A stretch of DNA of 63,668 nucleotides, counting the filler, from Bigelowiella natans CCMP2755 (lineage: Eukaryota; Protista; Cercozoa), in NCBI GenBank assembly GCA_000320545.1. It is 4 parts of 4 records of this genome, joined end to end, with 100 filler letters (N's around TTAATTAATTAA, not from the genome) between each part and the next. Parts side by side here need not be neighbours in the genome. Positions count along the whole stretch, not along the records: positions 58,832 to 63,668 come from ADNK01000471.1; 3 more parts are not named here. One strand, given 5' to 3'. This document shows, piece by piece, positions 62,873-63,668 of the stretch. Below the pieces are notes generated by a model. That model did not search any database and was not told the DNA's origin. It saw only the letters and a list, made by a program, of their open reading frames with translations. Numbering within the stretch: position 1 is the stretch's first letter; each line of letters opens with the position of its first letter. The position numbers and the translations under genes are program-made.

Positions 62873-63668
62873 TCATTTGCTTTCGCCTGCAATTGCCATC
62901 TCTAGTGCCATGAGTTCCTTGCCTTCTGCAGCTGCCCGTAGCAGTACCTTTCAGATTTAAATGCACCGCATTTAAGAGAGGCGATCATACGATGTGATGA
63001 TACAGAGTCACAGCAACCGCACAATAGGAAAAAAGAAGAGAATGGCAGCGAGACAAGCAGCACACGACACATTCATATCTTGCAGCAAGGAAAAGAAGAA
63101 ACTCGTCATTGATTTCACCCCGTCTAAGGTATCGACTTCGTCGGCCCACATCTCTGCCTCCTCTCCCAACCGATTATCCCCTGGACTGCCATCACTAACA
63201 GCGGGGCGCCGTCTTACGGCAGCTCTCCAGAGGCCCCTCGATATGCCCATTTCCGTTTCAAAGTCAACACCGTCCGGCGAGCGGTGGTAGGAGGGCGAGT
63301 AGGAGCCTCGTAGGCTATTGCTAGCGTGTGGATTTGGCAGCTCGAGGAGGGCAAAAGGTGCCTGGAAACAAATTGTGGAGACTGCATTATGCTAACATAA
63401 ATTACAGTTATCGTGTTATTCAACGGGCGGCACCCCGCCCCCCCCCCCCCCTCTCTCGCTCTCTTCCTCGTGTACCACGATCAGTCGATCTGCCAGGGCA
63501 GCTGCCACTAGGAATAGCGGCCTGAACCACAATTCAGCTAAATCATCGAAAGCAATGGCAGCGGCGAGGAGAGGCAATGATTGTTAGAAGCTCGCAGCCC
63601 TACCCCCTTAGCTCTTCGTCCACCAAGCACTCGATGCGGACGTTTGCTTTCTTAATACGGGACAAGCA
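62873..63668 (-). CDS. 3' end of a hypothetical gene entering from the window edge
   Basis: GVDFETEMGISRGLW...WADEVDTLDG|gt...ag|VLLRAAAEGKELMALEMAIAGESK* (last exon 62947-62873, exactly 25 codons). Confidence 0.55.

Noticed and set aside
516-63525. Many short ORFs encoding YIYIY, HTHTH, SLSLS, CVCVC or ERERE runs, and antisense ORFs over real exons
   Set aside because: Translations of intronic microsatellites or shadow frames; no coding support.
1-63668. Dinoflagellate spliced-leader relics, introner-type introns with terminal repeats, tRNA/rRNA genes, CRISPR arrays, telomeric repeats
   Set aside because: None seen by eye; introns examined are GT-AG (one GC-AG) and do not resemble each other.

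Overview
Intron-rich genomic DNA from a flagellated microbial eukaryote (CFAP58 and an LRRC46-like gene are present; standard code; GT-AG introns; no spliced-leader relics seen; lineage cannot be fixed from sequence alone). Three 100-nt scaffold gaps carry an artificial TTAATTAATTAA spacer. About 17 host genes, mostly multi-exon and reconstructed by eye: V-ATPase subunit a, CFAP58, RPS25, PITHD1, a MIOS-like GATOR2 WD40 protein, an LRRC46-like protein, a WD40+SAM protein, a tyrosine-kinase-like+LRR protein, a telobox Myb protein, PH and SAM proteins, and several orphans. Best candidate for new biology: an intact, divergent Ty3/Gypsy LTR retrotransposon (4164-8289) whose integrase is followed by a degenerate phage-Dam/DIRS-type N6-adenine methyltransferase-like domain, with a short, hairpin-dense 3' LTR. 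Second: a regular architecture of tightly spaced head-to-head gene pairs, separated at their 3' ends by 0.3-1.5 kb purine/pyrimidine-alternating (TGCA/CATG/CACGTG/CTAG-rich) islands that share repeat units. Exon boundaries of orphan genes are approximate. All family assignments are from motif recognition, not database searches.
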